17,069 bases of DNA from Pseudothermotoga sp. Its GTDB lineage: Bacteria; Thermotogota; Thermotogae; Thermotogales; DSM-5069. This document shows, one piece after another, positions 16,135-17,069 of the stretch (position 1 is the stretch's first letter; the number at the start of each line of letters is the position of its first letter). The notes under the pieces were generated by a model. The model was not told where the DNA came from, did not search any database, and saw nothing but the letters and a program-made list of their open reading frames with translations. The translations under genes were made by a program, and so were the position numbers. Location of the stretch: the NCBI GenBank assembly GCA_041640575.1, contig JBEPZZ010000017.1, positions 1-17,069 of the forward strand, written 5' to 3'.

Positions 16135-17069
16135 CACCAAGGCTTGTATTCTCCCCTTAGAAATTTATCTATCCAGTACGCAGCTTTCTTACCTGCTCCC
16201 ATAGCTTCTATCACTGTTGCGGCACCCGTTACTATATCACCACCTGCGAAGACTTTTCTCACACTCGTAGCACCTGTTTGCCCATCGGCAACAACGTAAC
16301 CATATTTGTTCAGTTTTAAATCCCTGAACTGACTCAGCAGGAATCTATTTGCTTCTGTTCCAATGGCTTCTATCACCATATCAGCTTCAATCACGAAACG
16401 ACTGTCTTCTATAGGTATTGGACGACGCCGACCAGATTCATCAGGTTCACCAAGTTCCATTGAGATACACTCAACACCGGTTAAATTACCCTTCTCATCG
16501 CCTAGGTATTTTAGTGGCTGAGTTAGCCACCTAAACTTGATGCCCTCTTCAACAGCATGAATATATTCTTCACGCCTTGCCGGCATTTCTTGCTCTGTTC
16601 GTCTATATAAAACTGTCACTTGTTTAGCACCAAGTCTTAAAGCGCTTCTTGCTGCATCAAGAGCAACATTACCTCCGCCGACTACTATTACATTCTTGCC
16701 CTTTTTGACTGGTGTGTCGTATTTTGGAAAAAGATACGCTTTCATCAGATTTATCCTGGTCAAAAATTCGTTGGCTGAATAAACCCCGTTCAAGTTAGTT
16801 CCCGGTACATTCAAAAACTTCGGTGTACCTGCGCCAACGCCTATAAATACCGCTTCGAAATTTCTAAGAATTTCCTCAACTTCTATTGATTTCCCAACTG
16901 GTGCATTTAACTGTATTTTCACCGATAGAGACTCAACATATTTTACTTCTCTGTCAACAATAGACTTTGGCAATCGGAACTCTGGGATTCCGTAAACCAA
17001 CACACCACCAGCTTTGTGAAGAGTTTCAAATATAGTAACGTCGTATCCCATTTTTGCTAGATCGGCAGC
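16134..17069 (-). CDS. NADPH-dependent glutamate synthase small-subunit-like oxidoreductase (NfnB/SudA type); 5' part outside the window
   Basis: The frame stays open to the right edge (AADLAKMGYDV...). GGVLVYGIPEFRLPK, VYSANEFL, YLFPKYDTP, VVGGGNVALDAAR, YRR, VFAGGDIVTGAATVI motifs. Confidence 0.88.
   Translation of the reverse strand, partial: AADLAKMGYDVTIFETLHKAGGVLVYGIPEFRLPKSIVDREVKYVESLSVKIQLNAPVGKSIEVEEILRNFEAVFIGVGAGTPKFLNVPGTNLNGVYSANEFLTRINLMKAYLFPKYDTPVKKGKNVIVVGGGNVALDAARSALRLGAKQVTVLYRRTEQEMPARREEYIHAVEEGIKFRWLTQPLKYLGDEKGNLTGVECISMELGEPDESGRRRPIPIEDSRFVIEADMVIEAIGTEANRFLLSQFRDLKLNKYGYVVADGQTGATSVRKVFAGGDIVTGAATVIEAMGAGKKAAYWIDKFLRGEYKPW

Noticed and set aside
16066..16299. 77-aa plus-strand ORF
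   Set aside because: Crosses a terminator and runs antisense to the NfnB-like gene.

Overview
Housekeeping-type bacterial chromosomal window, most likely from Thermotogota (inferred from the protein families, gene order and tightly overlapping genes). Almost all genes are on the minus strand, in three blocks. (1) HD-domain protein, deoC, cyclodeaminase, tgt, an NPAG-motif outer-membrane beta-barrel, pyrR, a small hypothetical and priA (cut by the window edge). (2) A PfkA-fold ORF lacking catalytic motifs, amrA, amrS, apbE, a NusG-II protein, a Gx/ECF-S-like membrane protein and maf. (3) fabF-fabZ-fabK-fabD with a promoter and terminator. Beyond these are a YfcE-like phosphoesterase, a divergent amidohydrolase gene broken by one in-frame TGA, and the 3' part of an NfnB/GltD-like oxidoreductase. 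Most notable: the ~780-bp ORF-free gap after maf holds colinear fragments of a heavily eroded radC gene; an intact but apparently catalytically dead phosphofructokinase homolog heads the AmmeMemoRadiSam/flavinylation operon; and the two amidohydrolase ORFs are one gene. No CRISPR, tRNA, rRNA or mobile element was seen. Family assignments come from motif recognition by eye, not database searches.
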